A DNA stretch of 42,287 bases from Planctomycetota bacterium (GTDB lineage: Bacteria; Planctomycetota; Phycisphaerae; Sedimentisphaerales; SM23-30), in contig JAKJEP010000001.1 in the NCBI GenBank assembly GCA_022705365.1, forward strand, positions 22,683 through 64,969, in the 5' to 3' direction. The position numbers and the translations under genes were made by a program. The notes under the pieces were generated by a model. The model saw only the letters and a list, made by a program, of their open reading frames with translations, ran no database searches and was not told the origin of the DNA. Positions 16,378 to 24,599 of the stretch are shown here, in pieces. Positions within the stretch are counted from its first letter, which is position 1. Each line of letters starts with the position of its first letter.

Positions 16378-18879
16378 TCAGGAATCATTGTCTTTCGTCA
16401 AAACCAGTTTATAAGTTTCTCCGGCCTGGGTGGAGAATTCCAGCACGGGTCCGGATAAGGTGGTTATCTTTTTATCACCGGCCATCAGAATTATGGAACC
16501 ATCCTTCCAGGGATTCAAAATCCGGCAATCGGCCCCGCGACGGCTGAAAAGCTGGATGTCCGTTACCAGCCCCTTTTGCCGCTGGGCGGTAACTTCAAAG
16601 GCCCCTTCCCCCACCAGCCCGGCAAATCGGCCGTCCAGATTTGCGGGAAGTACAGGAAAGAGCCGTAACAACGGCTTACCCGTGGCGTCCGGATGCGATT
16701 GCAGCAGGTGTTCAGCGATCACGCCGGCCGCCGCGAAATTCTCGGTATAAACTCCGCCCTTCATGAAAGCCGGTATCTTTTCCGCCAGGGCCAGTTCGAT
16801 CACGCCGTTGGGATACAACCGTCTCCGCACATCGGCAAGAAACTGGGCCAGGCTGTCATCCAGACCCAGTCGCGCGCGGGCCACTCCCAGCGTTATCATA
16901 CTGTTCGTACCATTCGTTTGGATCACCCGCGCGGTGCAACGGGCCATCTCGACCTGTTCCGGATCAGACCAGAAGGTGGGATCTTCCGCCGGAAACACCG
17001 GGACCAGGGGAACGGGAATGTTGTATTCGATGGGGGGAGCACCTGGAACATCCACAAATATTTTTCCTTCCGGTGTCTCAAAGGTAGGATAGTCGGGCAA
17101 CTGCTTCGCCAGTTGTCGCCAGCGGGCCGCTTCCTCGGAATCGCGCTGTAAAATGTCCGCCGCCTCAGCCGTGGCCAGTAAATGGTAACGGATGAAAGCG
17201 ATAGCCGACGCGCTGTCGCGGTTCCGCTCGAAATTCCGGGTAACGATTCCCCAGTGTTCCGGCGAAAAAGTCGGAAATATGTGCAGTCGGCCATCTTTGG
17301 GAACATAAGGCGCACAGTCCTCCCGCTGGCTCCGATGCAAAAACCAGTCGTAGAACCGGGCCACCTCTGCCAGCATCGGATAAGTATGCTGTTCCAGGAA
17401 CTCCCGGTCGCCGGTGTACTGCCAATGCCGCCAGAAATGCTGCATGACCCAGGCCGAGATTTCCATGGTGAGATCGTACACATAGCTGGCGAGCATCAGC
17501 CGGTCCCGCCGGATGGGGTAATCCCCCGAAGTGAAACAGGCTCCGGGTGTGTCCGGGCCATAGGCAAACTTCGTATAGGTCTGAGCATTGGGAAAGGTCT
17601 GGCAAAAACGATCAAAATATGGCTGGGCCAGCTCCGCATGATTGCAGATGAAAGCCGGCCAGAACTCCTGCTCGAAATTGTAATTGAGCATGTAGATCCC
17701 ATGCCAGGGGGCCAGATCCGCCCAGATCCAGTTGCCGAGCAAACCGGGAGCCACCGCCCCGGGTCGGGAGCAGCAGGCCAATAGATAGAGATTCCGGTAA
17801 AACAATCTCTCCGCCAACTCCGCATCACGGGCGGATGCCTCGTCTTTTTCATTGGCCGCTTTGATCTCAATAGAACTGCGGGACCAGAACCGCTGCCATT
17901 GGCCGGCATGTTGGGCATGTACTTTTTGCCAATCGTCATCGGCGGTTTCTCTGGCCAGCCGGCATGCCTTTCCCAGGGGGGACGATTTTTCGTCACGGGT
18001 GGTACAAACAGCCGCGGCGATAGTAATCCAGGGGTCTTGGGTGGAATGTACCCGGCACACGGACCGGTCCGTCTCTTGTGACAGCTCTATCTCAGCGCCT
18101 GTCACTGCGGCAGCCACGGCCACGTCAAATCCATCGGGAAAAGTCGGTTCGGCCGGTATATGCTGCATGACCCAAAAGGTTTTTCCCGTAATACCTGTCT
18201 CCGGCGCAGCCAAGGGTGCATTAAACGGATCGCTGGCATTTTCCGGCGATGGCTGGCTCATAAATGCCGCTGGCGCCGGCGGTTTTTTCGTCCAGTCGAG
18301 CGTCTCCCGCGGCCGGAACACCTCCGCCCGCAGTTCCCCGGCGGCATCGGCGGGTACTCGGATGAGTACCACATTGCGATCTCGTTCGATGAAGGCAGTC
18401 ACCTGCCCCTTGGGTGTAGCGAAGGTAAGGGTAGCATTCGCCAGCCGCAAACGCAGATTGGAGATTTCACCCAGACCGGAAAGACGGATTTGACCGACCG
18501 GTTTGGGAGTCGGCGAAAAATTCATTTCTATCGGCTGCGAGCAGTAGTAGTTTCCGAAATCCCACGTTCCTTTGGTTACCTGCTCAATCAATTGGTCGCA
18601 GGTAATAGTCGGACGATCATGGCTGGTGTTGTATCTCCGGTCCCAAACATCGTTCTTGCCCAGGGTAAAGACCAGCGTGTCTCCGTCCGCCCAGACCGAG
18701 GCGCCCAGATCCCCGTTGCCCAGCAGTAAACCAAATAGTGGTTCACCGGCCGGTTGTGCCATTAGAAAATCGTGGCTGGACACCGCTGTTTGATCGGCCA
18801 GCAAAGCCCCGGATAATAGAACGGGCATATTCAAATAACCCAATGTTACGAGCCACACGAGAACCAGTTTTGTTTTCAT
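16378..18879 (-). CDS. GH95-like six-hairpin glycoside hydrolase (alpha-L-fucosidase/galactosidase family-like)
   Basis: 833 aa with a signal peptide. N-terminal LLLGNGDLGASVW...LGKNDVWDRR resembles the GH95 N-domain GNG-x-LG motif. LLGNWIWADLAPWHGIYMLNYNFEQEFWP resembles the GH95 core (..GIWN..PW..Y..N-x-N...YWP). The start overlaps the GH31 stop (ATGA at 18876-18879). Confidence 0.65.
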   Translation of the reverse strand: MKTKLVLVWLVTLGYLNMPVLLSGALLADQTAVSSHDFLMAQPAGEPLFGLLLGNGDLGASVWADGDTLVFTLGKNDVWDRRYNTSHDRPTITCDQLIEQVTKGTWDFGNYYCSQPIEMNFSPTPKPVGQIRLSGLGEISNLRLRLANATLTFATPKGQVTAFIERDRNVVLIRVPADAAGELRAEVFRPRETLDWTKKPPAPAAFMSQPSPENASDPFNAPLAAPETGITGKTFWVMQHIPAEPTFPDGFDVAVAAAVTGAEIELSQETDRSVCRVHSTQDPWITIAAAVCTTRDEKSSPLGKACRLARETADDDWQKVHAQHAGQWQRFWSRSSIEIKAANEKDEASARDAELAERLFYRNLYLLACCSRPGAVAPGLLGNWIWADLAPWHGIYMLNYNFEQEFWPAFICNHAELAQPYFDRFCQTFPNAQTYTKFAYGPDTPGACFTSGDYPIRRDRLMLASYVYDLTMEISAWVMQHFWRHWQYTGDREFLEQHTYPMLAEVARFYDWFLHRSQREDCAPYVPKDGRLHIFPTFSPEHWGIVTRNFERNRDSASAIAFIRYHLLATAEAADILQRDSEEAARWRQLAKQLPDYPTFETPEGKIFVDVPGAPPIEYNIPVPLVPVFPAEDPTFWSDPEQVEMARCTARVIQTNGTNSMITLGVARARLGLDDSLAQFLADVRRRLYPNGVIELALAEKIPAFMKGGVYTENFAAAGVIAEHLLQSHPDATGKPLLRLFPVLPANLDGRFAGLVGEGAFEVTAQRQKGLVTDIQLFSRRGADCRILNPWKDGSIILMAGDKKITTLSGPVLEFSTQAGETYKLVLTKDNDS

Positions 18880-21056
18880 CGTTTCAACTCCATAAACTTC
18901 CAGCTAATATCCGAATACTGAAAAATGGTGCCCGACAGTCGCTGCTGGGAACCCGCTAGATTGCCATCGGGACCTTTCCCGGCGGTCAATTCCGTCCACG
19001 AATATTCTCCATTTTCGTAATCGAAGGTTTCCCCATCGTCATCGTACAGCAAAAAACGGCCGGGGGCCGAGCCGTAATGCCGAACCTCCAACGGCAGGAT
19101 TTCTCCGGTTTGCGGGGTGCGGAGCTGGGGGGGGATCATGGGGATAATACCGCCATCGGGTACAAATAACGGAATTTCCTCCAGTTTGGCTTCTACGGTA
19201 ATGGTTTGATTTTCCCCGGCCAGTTTCCCGGTATAAAAATCATACCACTTTCCTTTCGGCAGGACCACCGTGCGGGATGTTTGCCCCGTGAATACCGGCG
19301 CCACCAAAAGACACCCGCCCAGCATATACTGATCTTTAATATCCTGCCTCAGGGCCAGCTTATAAGGATTTTGGGTATCGTCCAATATTCCTTCGATGAC
19401 TTTTTGCTGATCCCGGAAGCCCTGCACCAGCGGCATCGGGCGAATAGGGGGGGTACCGTGAAAATGATATTCCGCAAATGTGGAATACAGGTACGGAAGC
19501 AATTGTATTCTCAGTAAGGCCGCTTCTTTGACCGCCTCAAATACCTCCGGATAGGACCAGGGCTTGGTACCGCTGCCCCAGGCATTGATCATCGCCAGCG
19601 GTGAAAAACAGACCGACTGCATCCGCCGCAGCCATTCCTCGCCCGTGGCTGAATCCCGCACCTCCGGCGTCCAGAGCACCCCGGCAAAGCCCGAATTAAT
19701 CAGCGCAGTGATAAAATCTTCATGCCGGTAATAATCGTTGTAAATAACAAAGGGAAAACGGCAGCCGCCGGTGTTCGAGGCCCGCACCAGACCGTAGGTG
19801 CGCCGATTGATTTTCCGGTATTCCGCCATCAGCATATCCTGCATGAGCAGCCCGTAAACCTGCCTCATCTGCTCCGCCTCCGTTCCCGAAGGAAAGGCGG
19901 CCACGTCCGGCCATAAAAATTTGTCATATCCGTCGCATTCATCGATCTTGAAACCCGCCACTCCCATCTGGATCAACTGCCTGCCAAAATAATCGGAAAA
20001 TATACCGCGGGCTTCCCCCAGCGTATAATCCGGCACAATCCCATTCCAAACCGTGTGGGTACCGGCATAGGGCAGCATCCGGTCATATAGTATAGATGCA
20101 GGAGCGATGTAGGGATTGATCCATAAATTGATTTTTACCCCTTTTTCCCGCAGGGTTTGCAGGAAAACTGCGGGCTGGGGAAATCGCCCCGGATCCCAGA
20201 CATACGAACAGGGATAGGATCGGTCCATCCAGCCCGGCTCCAGCCCGATAAAATCCAAAGGAAAGCCCTGGTCGGCAAAAGCCTGTACTTCCTGTAAAAC
20301 CTCCTGGCCCGAAAACAGCGTATGGGTCCGGTAGGTGAAGCCCAATCCCCACTTGGGCGGCAGGCAGCCGCCCCCGCCGTACAGATTGTACTTCTGGACC
20401 ACTTCCAGCAGCGAAGGACCGCCGAATACCAGAATTTCCGCATTCTCCGCCGGGACCAGAATTTCCACCGTATCCGACTCCGGCATGGCTTGCCAGCCGG
20501 CATCCGTATTCCGGTTAAATATCCGGGGGGGATGGGGGCTGTCAACCCGTACCGCCGTACCCGCATAGACCGTAAGATAACGTGCGGAATTAATCAGCAC
20601 CCCGTACCCCTTGCTGGAAACATAAAACGGTACCGGGGCATGGGTCCGCCCGTTGTCCTGCCCGTCATAGTGATCCACGTGCAGATAATAAATAGAACCT
20701 CTTCGGTTTATGTGCTTGAATTGCAGACCCAGCCCATACAACTGCTCTTCTTTTTCGAGAGGGAACTTGATATAGAGCTTTCCCTGCCGGCGGGTTATGG
20801 TTATCTCTTCCGGATTCAATGGAAACGGCGTTTCCGGAAATTCATTGATTCTTGCCAGGTTGGGAGTAATCCCTGCCGCATCCAGCAGATTGATTTTTTC
20901 CTTTTCACCCCCGGCGTATCTCCAAACTCCGTGCGCCACGGCCTGCCAGCCCGTATTTTCCTTTGCGGTTACAGGATTCGAAATAACAATCCCTATGGCG
21001 ATAAGCAATAGGAGATACCATTTTAGCAGAATGCGATGTTGGGTACTGTCATGCAT
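18876..21056 (-). CDS. GH31-family glycoside hydrolase (alpha-xylosidase/alpha-glucosidase/alpha-galactosidase type)
   Basis: 726 aa with a signal anchor. GFPLDFIGLEPGWMD, KGVKINLWINPYI and GVAGFKIDECDGY (F-K-x-D nucleophile-type motif as in YicI-like GH31), then WTPEVR. AAGGA SD upstream. Confidence 0.85.
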   Translation of the reverse strand: MHDSTQHRILLKWYLLLLIAIGIVISNPVTAKENTGWQAVAHGVWRYAGGEKEKINLLDAAGITPNLARINEFPETPFPLNPEEITITRRQGKLYIKFPLEKEEQLYGLGLQFKHINRRGSIYYLHVDHYDGQDNGRTHAPVPFYVSSKGYGVLINSARYLTVYAGTAVRVDSPHPPRIFNRNTDAGWQAMPESDTVEILVPAENAEILVFGGPSLLEVVQKYNLYGGGGCLPPKWGLGFTYRTHTLFSGQEVLQEVQAFADQGFPLDFIGLEPGWMDRSYPCSYVWDPGRFPQPAVFLQTLREKGVKINLWINPYIAPASILYDRMLPYAGTHTVWNGIVPDYTLGEARGIFSDYFGRQLIQMGVAGFKIDECDGYDKFLWPDVAAFPSGTEAEQMRQVYGLLMQDMLMAEYRKINRRTYGLVRASNTGGCRFPFVIYNDYYRHEDFITALINSGFAGVLWTPEVRDSATGEEWLRRMQSVCFSPLAMINAWGSGTKPWSYPEVFEAVKEAALLRIQLLPYLYSTFAEYHFHGTPPIRPMPLVQGFRDQQKVIEGILDDTQNPYKLALRQDIKDQYMLGGCLLVAPVFTGQTSRTVVLPKGKWYDFYTGKLAGENQTITVEAKLEEIPLFVPDGGIIPMIPPQLRTPQTGEILPLEVRHYGSAPGRFLLYDDDGETFDYENGEYSWTELTAGKGPDGNLAGSQQRLSGTIFQYSDISWKFMELKR

Positions 21057-21183
21057 AAAAGATTCCTTACAGGCGAATTATTTATGGCAACCTCTGAAAA
21101 CTACTGTATCCTAGCCCCGACCGTGAGGGAGGGGGTCAAAAACACTATTTTACGTTTAGATATTCGTATTAGTAGAGGTTCCT

Positions 21184-23268
21184 TTATTTCTTGTCCGTAG
21201 TTGAGAGTTTTTTATACGTTATGATAGCCGAGCCGGGCTGGTCCTGGATGGTAATGACCAGACCTTTTTCCATCAGGTCCCGCCCGGTCATTTCCGTGTT
21301 GCCTGGCACATCCAGATTCGTCAGGGTGTACGTAGCGTCGGCTTCCAGCCCGTTGGGTTTTATTTGCAGGGAATCCCGGCTGCATTTTTCCCGGCGAAAG
21401 GCCTGAATCATGCCGTCGGGCCGGTCGGGTTGGTCGGGTCGGTGGAATTGCCAGGCGATCCAGTCGGTAGTGAGGAGGCTGTAAGGTGTCATCGGATAAT
21501 AATCGCCGAGATAGCAATCGGCTACCTGCCGCCACTGCCGGATCAGCCGCCGGTAAATATCCCAGTCCACTTCGTTCTTGCGAATATCGAACTGAATCCC
21601 AAAGGCCGGGCACATGTAGCTGCGTGTCTGATAGAGATATTGCTGCATATTCAGCATCATATTATGGCCGAAATACGGAAACCAGGACGCAATCCCATAC
21701 GTATGTCCCTGATTGCCATTGTCGCAGGAAGGGTGGCCGTAAAAATCCTGATAATCGCTGCGTAGCAGGGGAACGGCCCGCCGCAGGGTTTCCAGGTCAT
21801 TGCGGCGGCCGCCGGCGCAGGAATCAATCCACAGCCGGGGATTGCGGCGGAGCAGTTCATCCCAGAAGGCCAGGTACCCCTGGACATGCAGGTTTTCCGT
21901 AATCCCCTGGCGGTCCTCCGCATCATTGGCCCGCCAGCGGCCCAGCGGCGCCATGTTGAAGTCCTGCCGATACACATCGATCCCTTCCTCATGAATCAGT
22001 TTGTCGATGCAGTCCGTCAGCCATTGCCGGGCCGAGGGTTCTCCCAGATTTACGATATATTGCAGGCTCGGGTCCCACGGTATCTTTAACAGGGCATCGG
22101 GATTACTCTTGGCCGTAATCGACCAGGGGTAGGCGGATTCTGACTCAAACCAGGCAATCAATCCCATGTTGCGCTCATGCACATAATCGCTGATGGCCTT
22201 GAGGCCGTTGGGGAACCGGTCCCGGTCCACCATCCACTGACCCTGCCCGCCGGGAAACCAGCCGGCGTCCATCCACCAGTAATCCGGCAGGGCTTCCTGT
22301 TTGGCTAATTCGTCGATAAAGAATTTTTCGATCTGTTCGTTATTGTTGCCCCAGCGTAAGGTCCCGTAGGTACAATAGGTCAGAATCGGCCGCAGCGGTT
22401 TATCGCCGAGCTGACGCGGCACATTATGGGTCAGCATCCAGCGGCGCCACAGATTTTGCGACCGAACCGCATCTTCCCCTTTCCAGAACAGCAGCACCAT
22501 CAGCGGGCTGCGCACCTCTTCACCGGGTTTCAGATAGAACCGCGTCAGCTCCTGCCCGGCGGTAATCCGCAAATCTTTATCCTGATTCCGCTGGAAAAAG
22601 GCGGACCATTGTCCGGTCCAGCCGATGGCCAGGATAACGCCGCCGCCTGGCCCGGCCACATTAAAATAGGGAAAGGCCATATCGCAGGGCCGCCCACCAT
22701 CCGGCGCAAACCTCCGCCGCATATTATGTACCATGACCTGCTCATAGGGCGCATAGCTATCGGGCATGCAGGCGTCTCCCTGACTGCCGCGCAGGATAAA
22801 TTCCCCATCTTCTCCACGATGAAGTATCATATTTAAACCCTGAATATTCTCCAGAATGGGAGTGTCTTTATCACCGCTATTTTTAAAGTAGAGCGTCCAC
22901 TCCACCGCCGGAAAATCCCGGTATTCGACCGCCGCACACCGGAAAACCACACCGGTGTTGGGATCGGTATAGGTAAGGGTGTGCCGCGTTCGATTCTCAT
23001 CCATAGCCTGAGATTCCCGCTGGAGATCCCACGACCCCAGACAATCCCCGGCGGATTTGCCATCATAGGTGAAAGAAAAGAAATCCTTTCCAAAGGTGAA
23101 CCGGTTTTCCAGGGCAGGTTCTGGTTCTTCTTTACCTTCAAAGTGCACAGCAGCAAATCGCCGGGCTTCCGCCATTTCCTCAGGTATCGGAGAAACGGCA
23201 CAAGCCCATTGGGGAATGACCAGCCAGCCGGCGAACACTAGAAAGCAATCAATACAGAATCTCATCAT
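21184..23268 (-). CDS. GH36-like (clan GH-D) alpha-galactosidase-family protein, paralog 1
   Basis: The ORF is open to 23283. AAAGGAG lies 5 nt before the ATG at 23268, and the MMRF.. N-terminus parallels paralog 3 (MMKF..). Motifs: FPAVEWTLYFKN, DYWWMDAGWF, IDVYRQDFN (nucleophile-type Asp), DSCAGGRRNDLE (C-x-GG-R-x-D type acid/base region). Confidence 0.8.
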   Translation of the reverse strand: MMRFCIDCFLVFAGWLVIPQWACAVSPIPEEMAEARRFAAVHFEGKEEPEPALENRFTFGKDFFSFTYDGKSAGDCLGSWDLQRESQAMDENRTRHTLTYTDPNTGVVFRCAAVEYRDFPAVEWTLYFKNSGDKDTPILENIQGLNMILHRGEDGEFILRGSQGDACMPDSYAPYEQVMVHNMRRRFAPDGGRPCDMAFPYFNVAGPGGGVILAIGWTGQWSAFFQRNQDKDLRITAGQELTRFYLKPGEEVRSPLMVLLFWKGEDAVRSQNLWRRWMLTHNVPRQLGDKPLRPILTYCTYGTLRWGNNNEQIEKFFIDELAKQEALPDYWWMDAGWFPGGQGQWMVDRDRFPNGLKAISDYVHERNMGLIAWFESESAYPWSITAKSNPDALLKIPWDPSLQYIVNLGEPSARQWLTDCIDKLIHEEGIDVYRQDFNMAPLGRWRANDAEDRQGITENLHVQGYLAFWDELLRRNPRLWIDSCAGGRRNDLETLRRAVPLLRSDYQDFYGHPSCDNGNQGHTYGIASWFPYFGHNMMLNMQQYLYQTRSYMCPAFGIQFDIRKNEVDWDIYRRLIRQWRQVADCYLGDYYPMTPYSLLTTDWIAWQFHRPDQPDRPDGMIQAFRREKCSRDSLQIKPNGLEADATYTLTNLDVPGNTEMTGRDLMEKGLVITIQDQPGSAIITYKKLSTTDKK

Positions 23269-23374
23269 ATACACTCCTTTCATACCATCCGGATTTATAT
23301 TGTACTATTTTTTGCATAGAAATACATTAAGATTATGATCCTTTTTACTCAGGTTCTATTTCTGATTGTCCAAG

Positions 23375-24556
23375 TTATTGGTTCCCGGCATATACCCCAT
23401 ACTCCATCCCCGCCTCAACAAAGGCCCGGATATTGTCATAGGGCGTCTCATCGAAAAAGAAGTCGGTGGTGGAGAGGATAAAATTGCCGCGTTTCTTGAT
23501 TTTCTGAACCACCTCTTTCACCCGCTGTCGTACCTGCTGGGGGGTGGCCGTCTTCAGAAACTCCACCTGGTCGATATTGCCCCGCAGGACCATATCCGGC
23601 CGGAGGATTTTCAGGGCTTTGTCCAAATCCACATCCCCAAAGGGCGGCGGCGTCAGATAGCCGAAACTATCCATCCCCAGCTCATTATACAGATGCAGTA
23701 ACTTCATGGAATCGCCGCAGTTGTGATAATTCACGAATGCTCCCATCTGGTGGATCGCGTCAATCAGCCGCTTGTCATACTCCAGCACAAAGTTTTTAAA
23801 GAAATCCGGCCCGACGGTGCTGGTGGTGAGATTGGCGGTAAATTCGATTACATCCGCGCCGGCTTCGATCATCTTTTTATCCTGCTTGATAATCCATTCG
23901 AGGAAAAACTCGGCCATCTCCCGAAAGAACCCCTCATCCAGATAGGGATCCATAAAGATCTGGTCCAGTTTCCGGTAGGCATCCATGACATTAATGACCC
24001 CGCCGGTGCAGGAATCGACCAGGCCCTTGTCGCCGACGGCTTTTCTGGCCCGGCGGATGAGGCTGCAATCGATATTATCCATTGGCGGGCAATACTTTCG
24101 GAAAATCTCAAAGTCCTCTCTGGTTTTGAGCATATGCTCATCAATGGCAGCCACAATGAGATATTTTGAGCTGCGTTTTTTGTTTTCGGTCTGCCGAAGC
24201 TCACCGCCCGGGGTTTGGATGGTGATGGTCTTGTGGCGGGAATCCTCGTCTCCCTCCTCCACCACCGTGACATCCCAGTTCTCCGCGGACCGCTGGGCAA
24301 AGGTATGCGGCTGCCAGTTGGCCGACCAGCCGTCCCAGTTGGTCCCCAGCGTATGCATCACATCGAAGCCGAAATAGTCGCAGTACTCCACAAATTTCTC
24401 GACCGGATCAAAATCCACCGGATCGAAAAACCGGTCCATCGCCGGCTTATAATCGAACATCTCATAGGTGGTGTTGTAGTACAGAAACGGCGCGATCGGC
24501 ATTCGATCGGTTTTTTCCCGTTTAAACGTCTTTGTCAATCTTTCTCTACCGGTCAT
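23375..24556 (-). CDS. uroporphyrinogen-decarboxylase (URO-D) family protein, cytoplasmic; function in this context unknown
   Basis: 393 aa with no signal peptide. N-terminal RERLTKTFKREKTDRMPIAP (R-x-P typical of URO-D/MtaA-like proteins). VNYHNCGD (H-x-C-G), VLRGNIDQVEFLKTATPQQVRQRVKEV. AGGAG SD 8 nt upstream. Confidence 0.8.
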   Translation of the reverse strand: MTGRERLTKTFKREKTDRMPIAPFLYYNTTYEMFDYKPAMDRFFDPVDFDPVEKFVEYCDYFGFDVMHTLGTNWDGWSANWQPHTFAQRSAENWDVTVVEEGDEDSRHKTITIQTPGGELRQTENKKRSSKYLIVAAIDEHMLKTREDFEIFRKYCPPMDNIDCSLIRRARKAVGDKGLVDSCTGGVINVMDAYRKLDQIFMDPYLDEGFFREMAEFFLEWIIKQDKKMIEAGADVIEFTANLTTSTVGPDFFKNFVLEYDKRLIDAIHQMGAFVNYHNCGDSMKLLHLYNELGMDSFGYLTPPPFGDVDLDKALKILRPDMVLRGNIDQVEFLKTATPQQVRQRVKEVVQKIKKRGNFILSTTDFFFDETPYDNIRAFVEAGMEYGVYAGNQ

Positions 24557-24599
24557 GTTTAATACTCCTATAGTATGTGAATTTGTAAGAGGTCATCAT

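Noticed and set aside
21113-21137. G/C-rich imperfect hairpin (CCCC...GGGGG) between GH36-like paralog 1 and GH31
   Set aside because: The pairing is interrupted by a 2x2 mismatch. On the minus strand the T-run precedes rather than follows the stem, so this is not a canonical terminator.
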